Shown in pieces: positions 18,085-27,085 of a stretch of 48,806 nucleotides of DNA. Source of the stretch: Candidatus Heimdallarchaeota archaeon (lineage in GTDB: Archaea; Asgardarchaeota; Heimdallarchaeia; Heimdallarchaeales; Heimdallarchaeaceae); assembly GCA_030608385.1 (NCBI GenBank), contig JAUWEG010000003.1, positions 1 to 48,806 on the forward strand. The letters run 5' to 3'. The position numbers and the translations under genes are program-made. The notes under the pieces are model-generated. The model was not told the origin of the DNA. It did no database searches and saw only the letters and a list, made by a program, of their open reading frames with translations. Positions within the stretch are counted from its first letter, which is position 1. Every line of letters starts with the position of its first letter.

Positions 18085-19533
18085 ATGTCAGAAAGAATAA
18101 CAAAAGATTTAGAAAAAGTGAAAAGAGAAATTGAAAATTTAGATGGAGAGATTGTAAATTTTAAAGAATCTCTAGAAAACTTGAAGGAATTACATCAATT
18201 TTATCAAATTCTAGCAACTTTAGTTCAAAACAAGTTTATTGGTTTGAATGAGAATTTACGCAATTTAATTGACACAAATAGACAGTCATTAGATGATATT
18301 ATTGAAGCAAATGTATCTGAAGATAAAAAACTAATTGATGAATGGACTAAAAGTCAATCAGAATCTGTAGTGTCGAAGCTAGACAATACAAAAAATGAAT
18401 TATCTAAATTACATGAATCTATTGCTTCTATTTTAGATGAAGGAAAAACCAACTTTGTGGAGTATTCTTCCTCATTTGGTGAAAAAATAAGAACCACTCT
18501 TACAAACCACGAACAAGATTTAGAACGATTAGCAAACAATCAAGTTAATGCTTTTAGAAAAGCAATTGATAGTGTAAAAGAAGATGTTAGTACTGTAAAG
18601 GAAAAAAATCTTTCAACCTTCAAGAACAATTCAGACGATATGAGAACAAAGATTGAATCTAACATTAATATTTCTCAAAACATCATGAAAGAATCCATAG
18701 AACATTTAAGATCAGAGTATGGTGATAAATTAACTGAAAACATGGAATCTGTCTTTGAAAGCTTTAATCGAATTAAAAGTGAATTAGGACAGCTTGTCAA
18801 TAACGCAGTTCAAAGAATTCAATCTGAATTATCTGATGTAACCGATTCAATGGATAAGTATCTTGTTGATGAAATTGCAAAAGTACAAGATGTTTTAGCA
18901 GAATACGAAACTGGAATGATTGATGTTAATGAAGTAGCTATGACAAATTTCAATTCATCTAAGGAATCTATGCTAGGATCTTATGATGATTTAACAAATA
19001 ATCAATATAATGAACATGATTCTGAACTTAAAGAATTTGAAGGGGATTTCAATAACAAAGTGGATGCAATTTTATCTACACTCTCTGAACAATCAGATTC
19101 AATTAAACAAGAAATAAAATCCTTTGTGTCAAGAGAACAGGACGATATTAAAAACCATTTAGATGATATTTTAACAACCGTTGTTGAAAAATCTGATAAT
19201 CTTCAAGGTAATGCTGCAAAAACAGCAGCAGAAAGAATATCTATTCTTGAAAATGAAATTACCGATGCAAAAGATTCCTTAGAAAGAACAAGTCTACAAA
19301 TTACCTCAAGATTAGATTCAGCTCAAAAAGATACTATAGCTGAAATTTCAACCATGTCCTCGAATGCAAAAAGCAAGATTGTTGAAACACAAGATTCCAC
19401 TGTAGCTAATCTTGAAATTGAAGCAAAGGACAATATCAAAAAAGCAGAACAAGTAGAAAAGTTGAGAAAAGATCTCATAAGTCGATTAGAAAGACTAGAA
19501 AGGAATCTTGAAACAATAAAAGATCAATTATAA
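18085..19533 (+). CDS. all-alpha coiled-coil protein (482 aa), unknown function
   Basis: The ORF is uninterrupted and its composition is E/K/D/S/N/L/I-rich and helix-forming, with no Cys and almost no Pro or Gly. AGGTGA overlaps the upstream stop and lies 5 nt before the ATG at 18085. Confidence 0.65.
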   Translation: MSERITKDLEKVKREIENLDGEIVNFKESLENLKELHQFYQILATLVQNKFIGLNENLRNLIDTNRQSLDDIIEANVSEDKKLIDEWTKSQSESVVSKLDNTKNELSKLHESIASILDEGKTNFVEYSSSFGEKIRTTLTNHEQDLERLANNQVNAFRKAIDSVKEDVSTVKEKNLSTFKNNSDDMRTKIESNINISQNIMKESIEHLRSEYGDKLTENMESVFESFNRIKSELGQLVNNAVQRIQSELSDVTDSMDKYLVDEIAKVQDVLAEYETGMIDVNEVAMTNFNSSKESMLGSYDDLTNNQYNEHDSELKEFEGDFNNKVDAILSTLSEQSDSIKQEIKSFVSREQDDIKNHLDDILTTVVEKSDNLQGNAAKTAAERISILENEITDAKDSLERTSLQITSRLDSAQKDTIAEISTMSSNAKSKIVETQDSTVANLEIEAKDNIKKAEQVEKLRKDLISRLERLERNLETIKDQL

Positions 19534-19547
19534 AAGAAGTGATTAAA

Positions 19548-22500
19548 ATGGAAGGAACATTAGAAAAGATTGGTTTATCGAAAGATGAAGTTCAAGTTTA
19601 TTCAATAATTGTTCAATTTGGTTATAGAACCATAGGTCAAATCCAAACATATTACAAACAACCCTCAAATGTCATCCAAAATGCTTTAAACAGTTTAGCT
19701 GGCAAAGGATACATTAGAGAAATCAAAGCTAAAAACCAAGAGGGGACCTCATATTTTATTCCACTCCCCCCACAAATTAAGCTTACAGAGGATGTATCTA
19801 TTCGTTTAGAAACTGAATTAAAGTCATTAAGTGATGATGTAAAAGAAGATTGGAATAAAACAATGAATAATTTTAGATTACAATTATCCGCATTTCATGC
19901 AAAAATTACAGAAAATGTTGATGATCATGCTTCTGAAATCGCATCAACTGCTACTAAATTTTTAGATTCATTAACAAACATAGTTTCATCAGGAAAAACT
20001 GAAACAGCAGAAGTGATTGAAAGGCTAAAGTCAGAAACTTCCAATATTTCTGCAACAAACAGTGATGCTATTGCAAAAACTGCTCAAAGAGTAAAAGAGA
20101 ATGTTCTTAGTTCTTTTGATTCTACTATTCACAAAATAGGCGAACATCATGATTCATTCAAAGTAAAAATAGAGGAAAGACTAGGTTTTCTGCAAAAAGA
20201 GCATGATGATAGAACTCAAATACAACTTGATGCCCTTCTTGAAAAAGTCGAAAGGATAAAAGAAAGCTTATCAGTTCAGCTTCAGGAATTTATAGAAGAA
20301 GCAGGAGAACGAAAAAGTGTAATTATAACTGTTACAGATGAAGCTGTTAAGAAAATCTCAGCAGATTCAAGCGTAGTTGCAAGAGATTCTTCTAAGAAGC
20401 TTTCTGATACAGTAAACAAAATTATCGCAAACTATGAGAAAAAGCTTGACGAATATCAAGTAAAAGTACAGCAGATTATAATTTCATTAAATGATGAATT
20501 GAAAAAACTTGAAGACGCAACAACAAACAGAATAAGAACCTCAATTGATAGATCAAAAGAAACAGCAGTAAATATTTTGAGAGGGAATGAGAATCAGTTT
20601 GTTGATTTAATGAATAAAACTAAAGTTGATTCTGTTGAAAAGCTGGGAGATTTAATTACACAAACTGAAGCAAAAACAGAAGAAATGAAAGTTAAATTGA
20701 GTAATGATTTAGCCTCATATCTCAAAGAATTCAAAAAGAATAGCGATAATCTACTATCTTTACTTAATTCAGGAATAGAAATAGGTTTCAATCTGTTTGA
20801 AGAGAATCTGTCTTCTTCAATTGAAAACGTAAGTAACCAAATCAAACTGTTTGTAGAAGACATAATGTCTGCATTTAGAGAATCAACTAACGCGTATTTA
20901 GATAAATTGTCAAAAACAACCACTAAATATGAAAAGGCTTTGAAGGAGAGGAAAGAAAAGTTTGCCACCACACATGAGGAATTTAAAGAAAACTTCACTT
21001 CTCATATCAATGAATTAAAATCCACTGTTATTTCTAATATTGAGAAAAACATTAAGGATAACAATGAAACAATTCAAAATCTAATAACTGAAAAAGAAAA
21101 CAAATTCAAATCTGATGTTGAAGTTTTTTCAGATGAGTTCTCTAAAAGAGGAAGAGATGTTAGAGATGAAGTACCTAATGTTGTTCAGATTAACTACCAA
21201 GCTAGCCTAGAAAGATTACAAGAATTAGATGATCAGCTTAAATCATCAATTGCAAAAATTGAAGTGATTAACCAAGCATTTCAAGGATTAGAGGAGAAAC
21301 AGCTTCAAAAAGTATTTGGAAAAGAAGAGGGACCACGAATGGCTCAACTAATCGGAAGTATGAATAGAGATATTGAGCTAGTAAAGGAGAATGTTGGAAA
21401 TAAAATGGAGGAAATGATTCAAACATTGACAAATTCAATGAATTCTTTGTCCAATGAAATATTTGAAAAGATGAATTTAAGATTAGAAGATTTAGCAAGA
21501 TTCACAACAGATACCCTTCAAAAAACCAGCCAATCATTTGAAATTTCAAGAAGTGAAATTAGTAGCCAATTTACAGCATCTTCAGATGATATGAAAAGAA
21601 CTATTGAAGAAACCTATACAACTTATGAAGAGCAATTTAATGAACTACAAGGAACAAGCACTAAATCATTAGCCGATGTAATAGGAGCTGAATCTAAAGC
21701 ATTTTCTGATGTAACTAAATCCATAAGTGGTTCATTGGATGAACTTCTCCAAGCTCCAGATTCAACTGAAGATAATGAAGGTCAAACAGAAATTCATCTG
21801 ACAATTCAAGACGGTCTAGAAGCTCTGCTAACAACAAAACAAGAAATTCTTGATGTAATGAAGAAAAATAATATCGAGGTAACAACTAATCTTCAAGAAT
21901 TACTTAAGTCAAACATTGACGACCATTCCAAATTAGTAACCAAAGCTACTTCCTCAATGGATGTAACAATGAAATCTTTGCAAAGTGAATTCAAATCTGC
22001 AAAAGAGGCTCTTGATACTGACATTTCTGTCACTCTAGATGAGGCTGCTACAAATTATAGCGCTCAAACAGCAAAGGTTGAAACCGAGATTAATGATTTA
22101 ATTGAGCAAGAAGTTCAACAGTTTATTGAAGGTACTGAAGGTGTATTAGCGGAATTAAATGTTTCCCCTGAGAAATCATCATTGTTAGATGAAGCACTTG
22201 CAAATACTAAGGGAGAGCTTCAAAAGCTTGGTGCAAATTATCCAAAATGGGTTAAAACTGACTCTGATGCATTTGCAACTAAATTGGACTCTTCCATAAA
22301 AGAATTTCAAATAGGTGCACAGACAGAAATTGATACAATGTTTACTAGCGTTCAAAGAGGTCTTGAGAAATCCTATGAACGCTTGGCAACTGACTTTGTT
22401 AATAATGTCACAGAAATTCAAAATGAATTTGAAAAAGAAAAGAATGATTATGAATTAAACATGTCTCATCAAGTTAATAGCTTTATTACTAATTCAGATT

Positions 22501-23321
22501 CAAATTCATCTGCCTTGGTAACTAATATTCAAGGAACAAAAGATGCTCTTATAGAGGCTATAACTTCTGGAGATGATGCAGTCAATGCAGACCTTAGTAA
22601 TCTAGAAAAAACTTTAACCGACCTATTTGATTCAAATTTGACCGCTCTAACAGAAAAATTGAATGCAGCTCAAGAGGATTCAATGATTGTAGATACTGAG
22701 AAAGATGATTACAGCTCTAAACTTATGAGTTTTAAAGAGAATATAATCAAAGGAACTCAACAAGAAATTGAAAATATAGACACTAGTATTTCTGGGACAC
22801 TAAGTTCAATTCCAGATAAAATCGGTGGCGCTTTAGATGCAACAGGGGAATCAATGAAATTAATTAAGAGTGTTTTATCGCTGGGGTCAGGGATTGAACC
22901 AAATCCAATTGAAGATATATGGATAGTAACAGGTAACGAACAAGTTAATGGAACTATGATGTCTCTCTTGAGAAATACAAAGTCTTCTGCTACAATAATT
23001 TGCCCAAGATTAAATTGGATAGATTCTGAATTCCTTGAAACTTTTGCTAGAAAACTAGAAATTGTAACAAATACAACAGCTCATACAGACGAAGATAAAG
23101 CTATCTTAAGTAAAATGCTTGGGATGGGGAATGTAGTTGTAAAGGATGATACAAACCTAACAGTAATGATGGCAACCAGAGATGGTATAGAAGAAGGTTT
23201 CTTAGGGCACAAAGCTCCAAGTGGAGATCCACTTCTAATTGTAACCTTTAATGAAGAAATTGTTGGGGAAATAACTAAAATTTACTACGATTTCAGAAGT
23301 AGGGCCCCTATAAGACAATAA
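19548..23321 (+). CDS. giant TrmB-family protein: N-terminal TrmB wHTH, about 1000-aa coiled-coil rod, TrmB-like C-terminal domain
   Basis: The N-terminus LEKIGLSKDEVQVYSIIVQFGYRTIGQIQ...VIQNALNSLAGKGYIREI matches the TrmB HTH consensus. The C-terminus IWIVTGNEQVNGTMMSLLRNTKSSATIICPRLNWID...VVVKDD resembles the TrmB C-terminal regulator domain. The interior is helical and low in Pro/Gly. The ATG at 19548 is preceded by GTGAT. Confidence 0.7.
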   Translation: MEGTLEKIGLSKDEVQVYSIIVQFGYRTIGQIQTYYKQPSNVIQNALNSLAGKGYIREIKAKNQEGTSYFIPLPPQIKLTEDVSIRLETELKSLSDDVKEDWNKTMNNFRLQLSAFHAKITENVDDHASEIASTATKFLDSLTNIVSSGKTETAEVIERLKSETSNISATNSDAIAKTAQRVKENVLSSFDSTIHKIGEHHDSFKVKIEERLGFLQKEHDDRTQIQLDALLEKVERIKESLSVQLQEFIEEAGERKSVIITVTDEAVKKISADSSVVARDSSKKLSDTVNKIIANYEKKLDEYQVKVQQIIISLNDELKKLEDATTNRIRTSIDRSKETAVNILRGNENQFVDLMNKTKVDSVEKLGDLITQTEAKTEEMKVKLSNDLASYLKEFKKNSDNLLSLLNSGIEIGFNLFEENLSSSIENVSNQIKLFVEDIMSAFRESTNAYLDKLSKTTTKYEKALKERKEKFATTHEEFKENFTSHINELKSTVISNIEKNIKDNNETIQNLITEKENKFKSDVEVFSDEFSKRGRDVRDEVPNVVQINYQASLERLQELDDQLKSSIAKIEVINQAFQGLEEKQLQKVFGKEEGPRMAQLIGSMNRDIELVKENVGNKMEEMIQTLTNSMNSLSNEIFEKMNLRLEDLARFTTDTLQKTSQSFEISRSEISSQFTASSDDMKRTIEETYTTYEEQFNELQGTSTKSLADVIGAESKAFSDVTKSISGSLDELLQAPDSTEDNEGQTEIHLTIQDGLEALLTTKQEILDVMKKNNIEVTTNLQELLKSNIDDHSKLVTKATSSMDVTMKSLQSEFKSAKEALDTDISVTLDEAATNYSAQTAKVETEINDLIEQEVQQFIEGTEGVLAELNVSPEKSSLLDEALANTKGELQKLGANYPKWVKTDSDAFATKLDSSIKEFQIGAQTEIDTMFTSVQRGLEKSYERLATDFVNNVTEIQNEFEKEKNDYELNMSHQVNSFITNSDSNSSALVTNIQGTKDALIEAITSGDDAVNADLSNLEKTLTDLFDSNLTALTEKLNAAQEDSMIVDTEKDDYSSKLMSFKENIIKGTQQEIENIDTSISGTLSSIPDKIGGALDATGESMKLIKSVLSLGSGIEPNPIEDIWIVTGNEQVNGTMMSLLRNTKSSATIICPRLNWIDSEFLETFARKLEIVTNTTAHTDEDKAILSKMLGMGNVVVKDDTNLTVMMATRDGIEEGFLGHKAPSGDPLLIVTFNEEIVGEITKIYYDFRSRAPIRQ

Positions 23322-23345
23322 TCTCCCTTTTTCTCCCTTTTTATT
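23322..23345 (+). terminator. oligo-T terminator, duplicated TCCCTTTTT unit
   Basis: TCTCCCTTTTTCTCCCTTTTTATTT begins immediately after the TAA at 23319..23321. Archaeal RNAP terminates at oligo-T tracts. Confidence 0.4.
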
Positions 23346-23426
23346 TCACTTGATTCATATCGCGTAGGTATTATGTAAGATTTTTATTTATCATTGGCAG
23401 ATGTCTATATCAAGGCGTAGATTCTA

Positions 23427-23792
23427 ATGTGGATAATGCAACCCTGTCCAATGCATAGAGAGATTGAATATACTACTTATTGTATTCTTGAAGATGAGCT
23501 TGAAATGATTTTATTAGTCTCTTTTTATGATCCAGATGATCTTCTTACTGCAGATTTGGAAGAGTTTGCTAACCCTACATTTTGTTTAAACGCTGTGGTT
23601 TTGGACGATGAAAATGTAATTTATTGTCCAACTAAAAAGAAAAGAATAGAGCTCAGAGGTAGATCAATACCTCAAAAAGTCTATGAAAACACAAGAGAAA
23701 CTCTACTGTTCATGGATCCTGATGCTAAAGAATGCTCAGATTGTTTATACAAAGCCTTAGTTGCTTTGATAAAAAGTCTAGAAGAGATGTAG
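23427..23792 (+). CDS. hypothetical small acidic Cys-containing protein
   Basis: Support comes only from the ORF and from its non-overlapping fit between neighbouring genes. No motif is recognised. Confidence 0.35.
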   Translation: MWIMQPCPMHREIEYTTYCILEDELEMILLVSFYDPDDLLTADLEEFANPTFCLNAVVLDDENVIYCPTKKKRIELRGRSIPQKVYENTRETLLFMDPDAKECSDCLYKALVALIKSLEEM

Positions 23793-23794
23793 CA

Positions 23795-24808
23795 TTATAG
23801 TCCCTTACTTGCTATATATTTTGCTAGATCTACCATTCTTGTTGAGTATCCAGTTTCATTGTCATACCAAGCAACAACTTTGATTTGATTCTTAATTGCT
23901 TTTGTTAAAGATAAATCAACAGTTGCAGAGAAAGGATTTCCATTGTAATCTATAGAAACTAATGGTTCATTAGAAACAGCTAAAATATCCTTTAGATTGC
24001 TTTCTGATGCTTCAATGAATTTTTTGTTAACCTCTTCTGCAGTTACTTCTTTTCCAAGAGTATAAACCGCATCTATTAGAGAAACGTTTGGAGTTGGAAC
24101 TCTAACTGACATAGCATCAAGTTTTCCTTGAAGGTGAGGTAGTACTTTTCCTACTGCAGTTGCGGCACCTGTAGATGTTGGAATCATAGATAGAGCTGCT
24201 GATCTTGATCTACGTAAATCACTATGAGGTAAGTCTAATAATCTTTGATCTGTTGTATAGGAATGAATAGTAGTCATAAATCCTGATTCAATACCAAATG
24301 CGTCATCTAAAACCTTAGTTACTGGTGCATAACAGTTAGTTGTACAACTAGCGTTAGAGATAACAACATCCTCTGTGGGGTTGAATTTGTCTTCATTAAC
24401 CCCTAACACAATAGCAGGAATAGGTTTTACTTTACCTTTATCGGGTGCAGAAAGAATTACTTTTTTCGCTCCAGCTTCAATGTGCTTAGACGCAAGCTCA
24501 AATGTTCTAAAAAATCCTACACATTCGAAAACTATCTCAACTCCCCAATCCTTCCAAGGAATATTTACAGGGTCCCTTTCTTTTGAAATAGGTATTTTTA
24601 CATCATCAACAATTAAATATGAATCTGTTGCTTCAATTTTGTGATTAAAAATACCATGAACACTATCGTACTTCAATAAATGAGCCATAGTTTTTGAATC
24701 ACCAATATCATTAATTCCAACAAATTCAATATCTGGATTATTAAATCCTACTCGAAAAATCCCTCTTCCAATTCTTCCAAAACCATTTATACCAATTCGA
24801 ATTGCCAT
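23795..24808 (-). CDS. gap: glyceraldehyde-3-phosphate dehydrogenase, class I (bacterial/eukaryotic type)
   Basis: It has the N-terminal NAD motif IGINGFGRIGR and the active-site signature SNASCTTNC. GGTGAT lies 3-4 nt before the ATG at 24808; the ORF-track start at 24829 is 7 codons upstream. Confidence 0.93.
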   Translation of the reverse strand: MAIRIGINGFGRIGRGIFRVGFNNPDIEFVGINDIGDSKTMAHLLKYDSVHGIFNHKIEATDSYLIVDDVKIPISKERDPVNIPWKDWGVEIVFECVGFFRTFELASKHIEAGAKKVILSAPDKGKVKPIPAIVLGVNEDKFNPTEDVVISNASCTTNCYAPVTKVLDDAFGIESGFMTTIHSYTTDQRLLDLPHSDLRRSRSAALSMIPTSTGAATAVGKVLPHLQGKLDAMSVRVPTPNVSLIDAVYTLGKEVTAEEVNKKFIEASESNLKDILAVSNEPLVSIDYNGNPFSATVDLSLTKAIKNQIKVVAWYDNETGYSTRMVDLAKYIASKGL

Positions 24809-24923
24809 TTCATCACCAATAATGTGCAAACTTGTAAAAACTAGGTTTTAAAGTTTCTGTCATCAATATGAATAAGTGCTTAACATTAAAAAATAGAGAA
24901 AAAATGAAGAATTTCCTTCATTA

Positions 24924-25904
24924 TTATTCAGTTTTTTCTGGAGGGTCTGAAGAAACACCATGTACGATTGTAAAGAACCAAGTAGCAAATATCCCTACAC
25001 CAACGAATAAGATAGCTGCTGCGTAAGCTGCAAATCTTAGTACATCTCCTTCACCCCAAGGAGCCACAGGATCATTGAAGTATTTCTGGATTCCCATATA
25101 AATCGCGAAAACAAAGAAAGCTACTGTCACTATTAGCTGGAATAAAACATTTGTCCAGAAGAAATTCTTAGATCTAGAGTTCACATACTTTTCGCCAATG
25201 AGATACTTCAGAATGAAATCCTTTACCTTCTGATGAGTTATTTTGACCCAGTCAGTTAATCCTCTGAAAACCTTCTTCAACCATATAATTAGCTTCCCTT
25301 TCTTTATTAGATTATATAGTAGAATTAATAGTCCTCCACCAACGATTACTACAGCCAGAAGAACTGCAGCTGAAACCCATTGATGAGATGAAAGAATTTC
25401 AGAAAAAGGTTCTACAATCATTCCCCAAAGAAATATAACAAAAATTTGATTTAATAACCAACCTATCCCTTGACCTAAATCAACAAACCAGCTGCCAATA
25501 GATGCCCAGAATCCTGGATCAATTAAATTCTTAGTATCTTCAAAGACATCTAAGTAAAACAATAGATAGAATAGAACAATTGTTATTCCAATCATAAAGA
25601 AAGTATGAGGGATCAAGGAGAGGAAATTTCTATCTTCTTTCGATAAAGGATCGTCGCTTCTGAATCGCAAGAATTTATACCATTTAACAAGTAAAACCCC
25701 TGTAATCCAGAATGGAAATAGGATATATTTTAGAATGAATTTGATAATTTTCCAGATAATCTTAAGAAAAACAAGTACTCCTGACCAGACAATTTGCCAA
25801 AAGGTTTTTTCTCTGACTTTTACTTTTTTTTCTTTCTGTTTTTTTTCTTTTCTTAGTCGTCTTTGTTGACTTTTATCTTCCATTTCCATGGCTTTTTCAT
25901 TCAT
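24924..25904 (-). CDS. polytopic membrane protein with Lys-rich N-terminus, unknown function
   Basis: The N-terminus is QQRRLRKEKKQKEKKVKVREK, followed by about 7 hydrophobic helices. No family is recognised. Confidence 0.5.
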   Translation of the reverse strand: MNEKAMEMEDKSQQRRLRKEKKQKEKKVKVREKTFWQIVWSGVLVFLKIIWKIIKFILKYILFPFWITGVLLVKWYKFLRFRSDDPLSKEDRNFLSLIPHTFFMIGITIVLFYLLFYLDVFEDTKNLIDPGFWASIGSWFVDLGQGIGWLLNQIFVIFLWGMIVEPFSEILSSHQWVSAAVLLAVVIVGGGLLILLYNLIKKGKLIIWLKKVFRGLTDWVKITHQKVKDFILKYLIGEKYVNSRSKNFFWTNVLFQLIVTVAFFVFAIYMGIQKYFNDPVAPWGEGDVLRFAAYAAAILFVGVGIFATWFFTIVHGVSSDPPEKTE

Positions 25905-26010
25905 ACCTTTTTATTAGAGTATGTTGTATTAAATTCTTTTGGGTTTTCTAACCAATTTTTGTAAATACAAAGCTTTTATAGATTATGTTCCCGTTATTAT
26001 TTTGAAGATA

Positions 26011-27018
26011 ATGAAGAAGAATCGAATATTTACTATAATTACGTTAACAATTCTACTCAGTTTAGGTTTTCAATCACTAAACAGTAATGTTACCGCTGAA
26101 TTTCAAAAGGATACAATCGAAAATATCGAAGACTGGTTTACTTCTTCTAGCTTAGTAAATTTCACACAAGATTATAAAATAAACTTATTTTTTAACATTG
26201 CAAATGACACTTTGGGATATGCAATTGCACCAAGACTATCCTTTACTACAAATATGCATGTACCCCTTAATTTTACTTCATATTTGAACAAGGATGTCAA
26301 AGATGGTACCACAGAATTTGGGTTACAAATAAGTAGTAATCCCGGTAATTTCACTCTCGGATTAAATGGTACAATAATTGTAGTAACCCCAAGTACTGGA
26401 CCTGTTTATATTGATGTGAAGGAAGGTGAAAGTGAATCTTTTGCAGATTTTGAAACTTTATTGGGAGAAAATATCACGGTTCCCATAAATTTCAGTCCTA
26501 TCCTCTTTACAGTAGATGGTCTTGAAATTCCTGGATTACCGGAGCTACAATCACTTGGTCTAGAACTTACTCCTATTGTTTTGCTGAAAGGAACAATTAA
26601 ATTGAATGCAATAGTTTTAGGTGAAGAGCTATCATGGACCGATCCAGATGATATCTATTTTACTGAAGTACCTATTGAAGATAAAAGTATCGAATTTAAT
26701 ACACTTGTCAGCAATATAACCTTAGATTTTTCCAATGTTAAATTATCACTGATTGGTTTTGAAACAGCTATTCATTTTGGTACATCTATTGGAACAATAA
26801 TACAGCATTTTGAGTATGATTTTAGCTCTATTGAGTGGATTGAAGGAGAACAAGCTCTTGGCGATATTTTCATATTTTTAATAGACAGCTTATTTGTGAT
26901 TAATGATATGGAAGTCTATATCTCTATTGAAAAAACTCCTTTCTCAATCTTATCAATATTAGCTGCCATTACCCTACTTTCAGGTTTGATTTACATCAGA
27001 AAGAAAAGAAGATCATAG
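26011..27018 (+). CDS. secreted/surface protein with C-terminal TM anchor and polybasic tail
   Basis: A signal peptide follows the ATG at 26011 (MKKNRIFTIITLTILLSLGF). The body has many N-x-S/T sequons. The C-terminus is PFSILSILAAITLLSGLIYIRKKRRS. The ORF-track start at 25939 is TTG. Confidence 0.55.
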   Translation: MKKNRIFTIITLTILLSLGFQSLNSNVTAEFQKDTIENIEDWFTSSSLVNFTQDYKINLFFNIANDTLGYAIAPRLSFTTNMHVPLNFTSYLNKDVKDGTTEFGLQISSNPGNFTLGLNGTIIVVTPSTGPVYIDVKEGESESFADFETLLGENITVPINFSPILFTVDGLEIPGLPELQSLGLELTPIVLLKGTIKLNAIVLGEELSWTDPDDIYFTEVPIEDKSIEFNTLVSNITLDFSNVKLSLIGFETAIHFGTSIGTIIQHFEYDFSSIEWIEGEQALGDIFIFLIDSLFVINDMEVYISIEKTPFSILSILAAITLLSGLIYIRKKRRS

Positions 27019-27085
27019 TTTATCTTCTTTATATCTAAAATTTTAAAAATCAACTCCCCTTCAGAGAACTGAAAGTTGTGGTTGT

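Noticed and set aside
20594-20998. A 134-aa minus-strand ORF inside the giant coiled-coil gene. Smaller antisense ORFs also occur at 21268-21498 and 22185-22421.
   Set aside because: These are antisense to a long, uninterrupted 3.8 kb ORF. Repetitive GAA/AAA-rich coding sequence naturally leaves open antisense frames (Phe/Leu/Ser-rich).
16312-23321. Interpreting the ATPase + TPR gene as an Avs/STAND antiviral defence system.
   Set aside because: There is no nuclease, TIR, Sir2, protease or other effector domain. The N-terminus before the P-loop is only about 45 aa. The neighbours are housekeeping genes rather than a defence island. This is still worth excluding with DefenseFinder/PADLOC.
18085-23321. 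Reading the coiled-coil proteins as SNARE-like partners of the SNAP-like tail.
   Set aside because: There is no C-terminal TM anchor, no discrete heptad motif of about 60 aa with a central polar layer, and the lengths are far beyond SNAREs. The SNAP resemblance could also be generic TPR.
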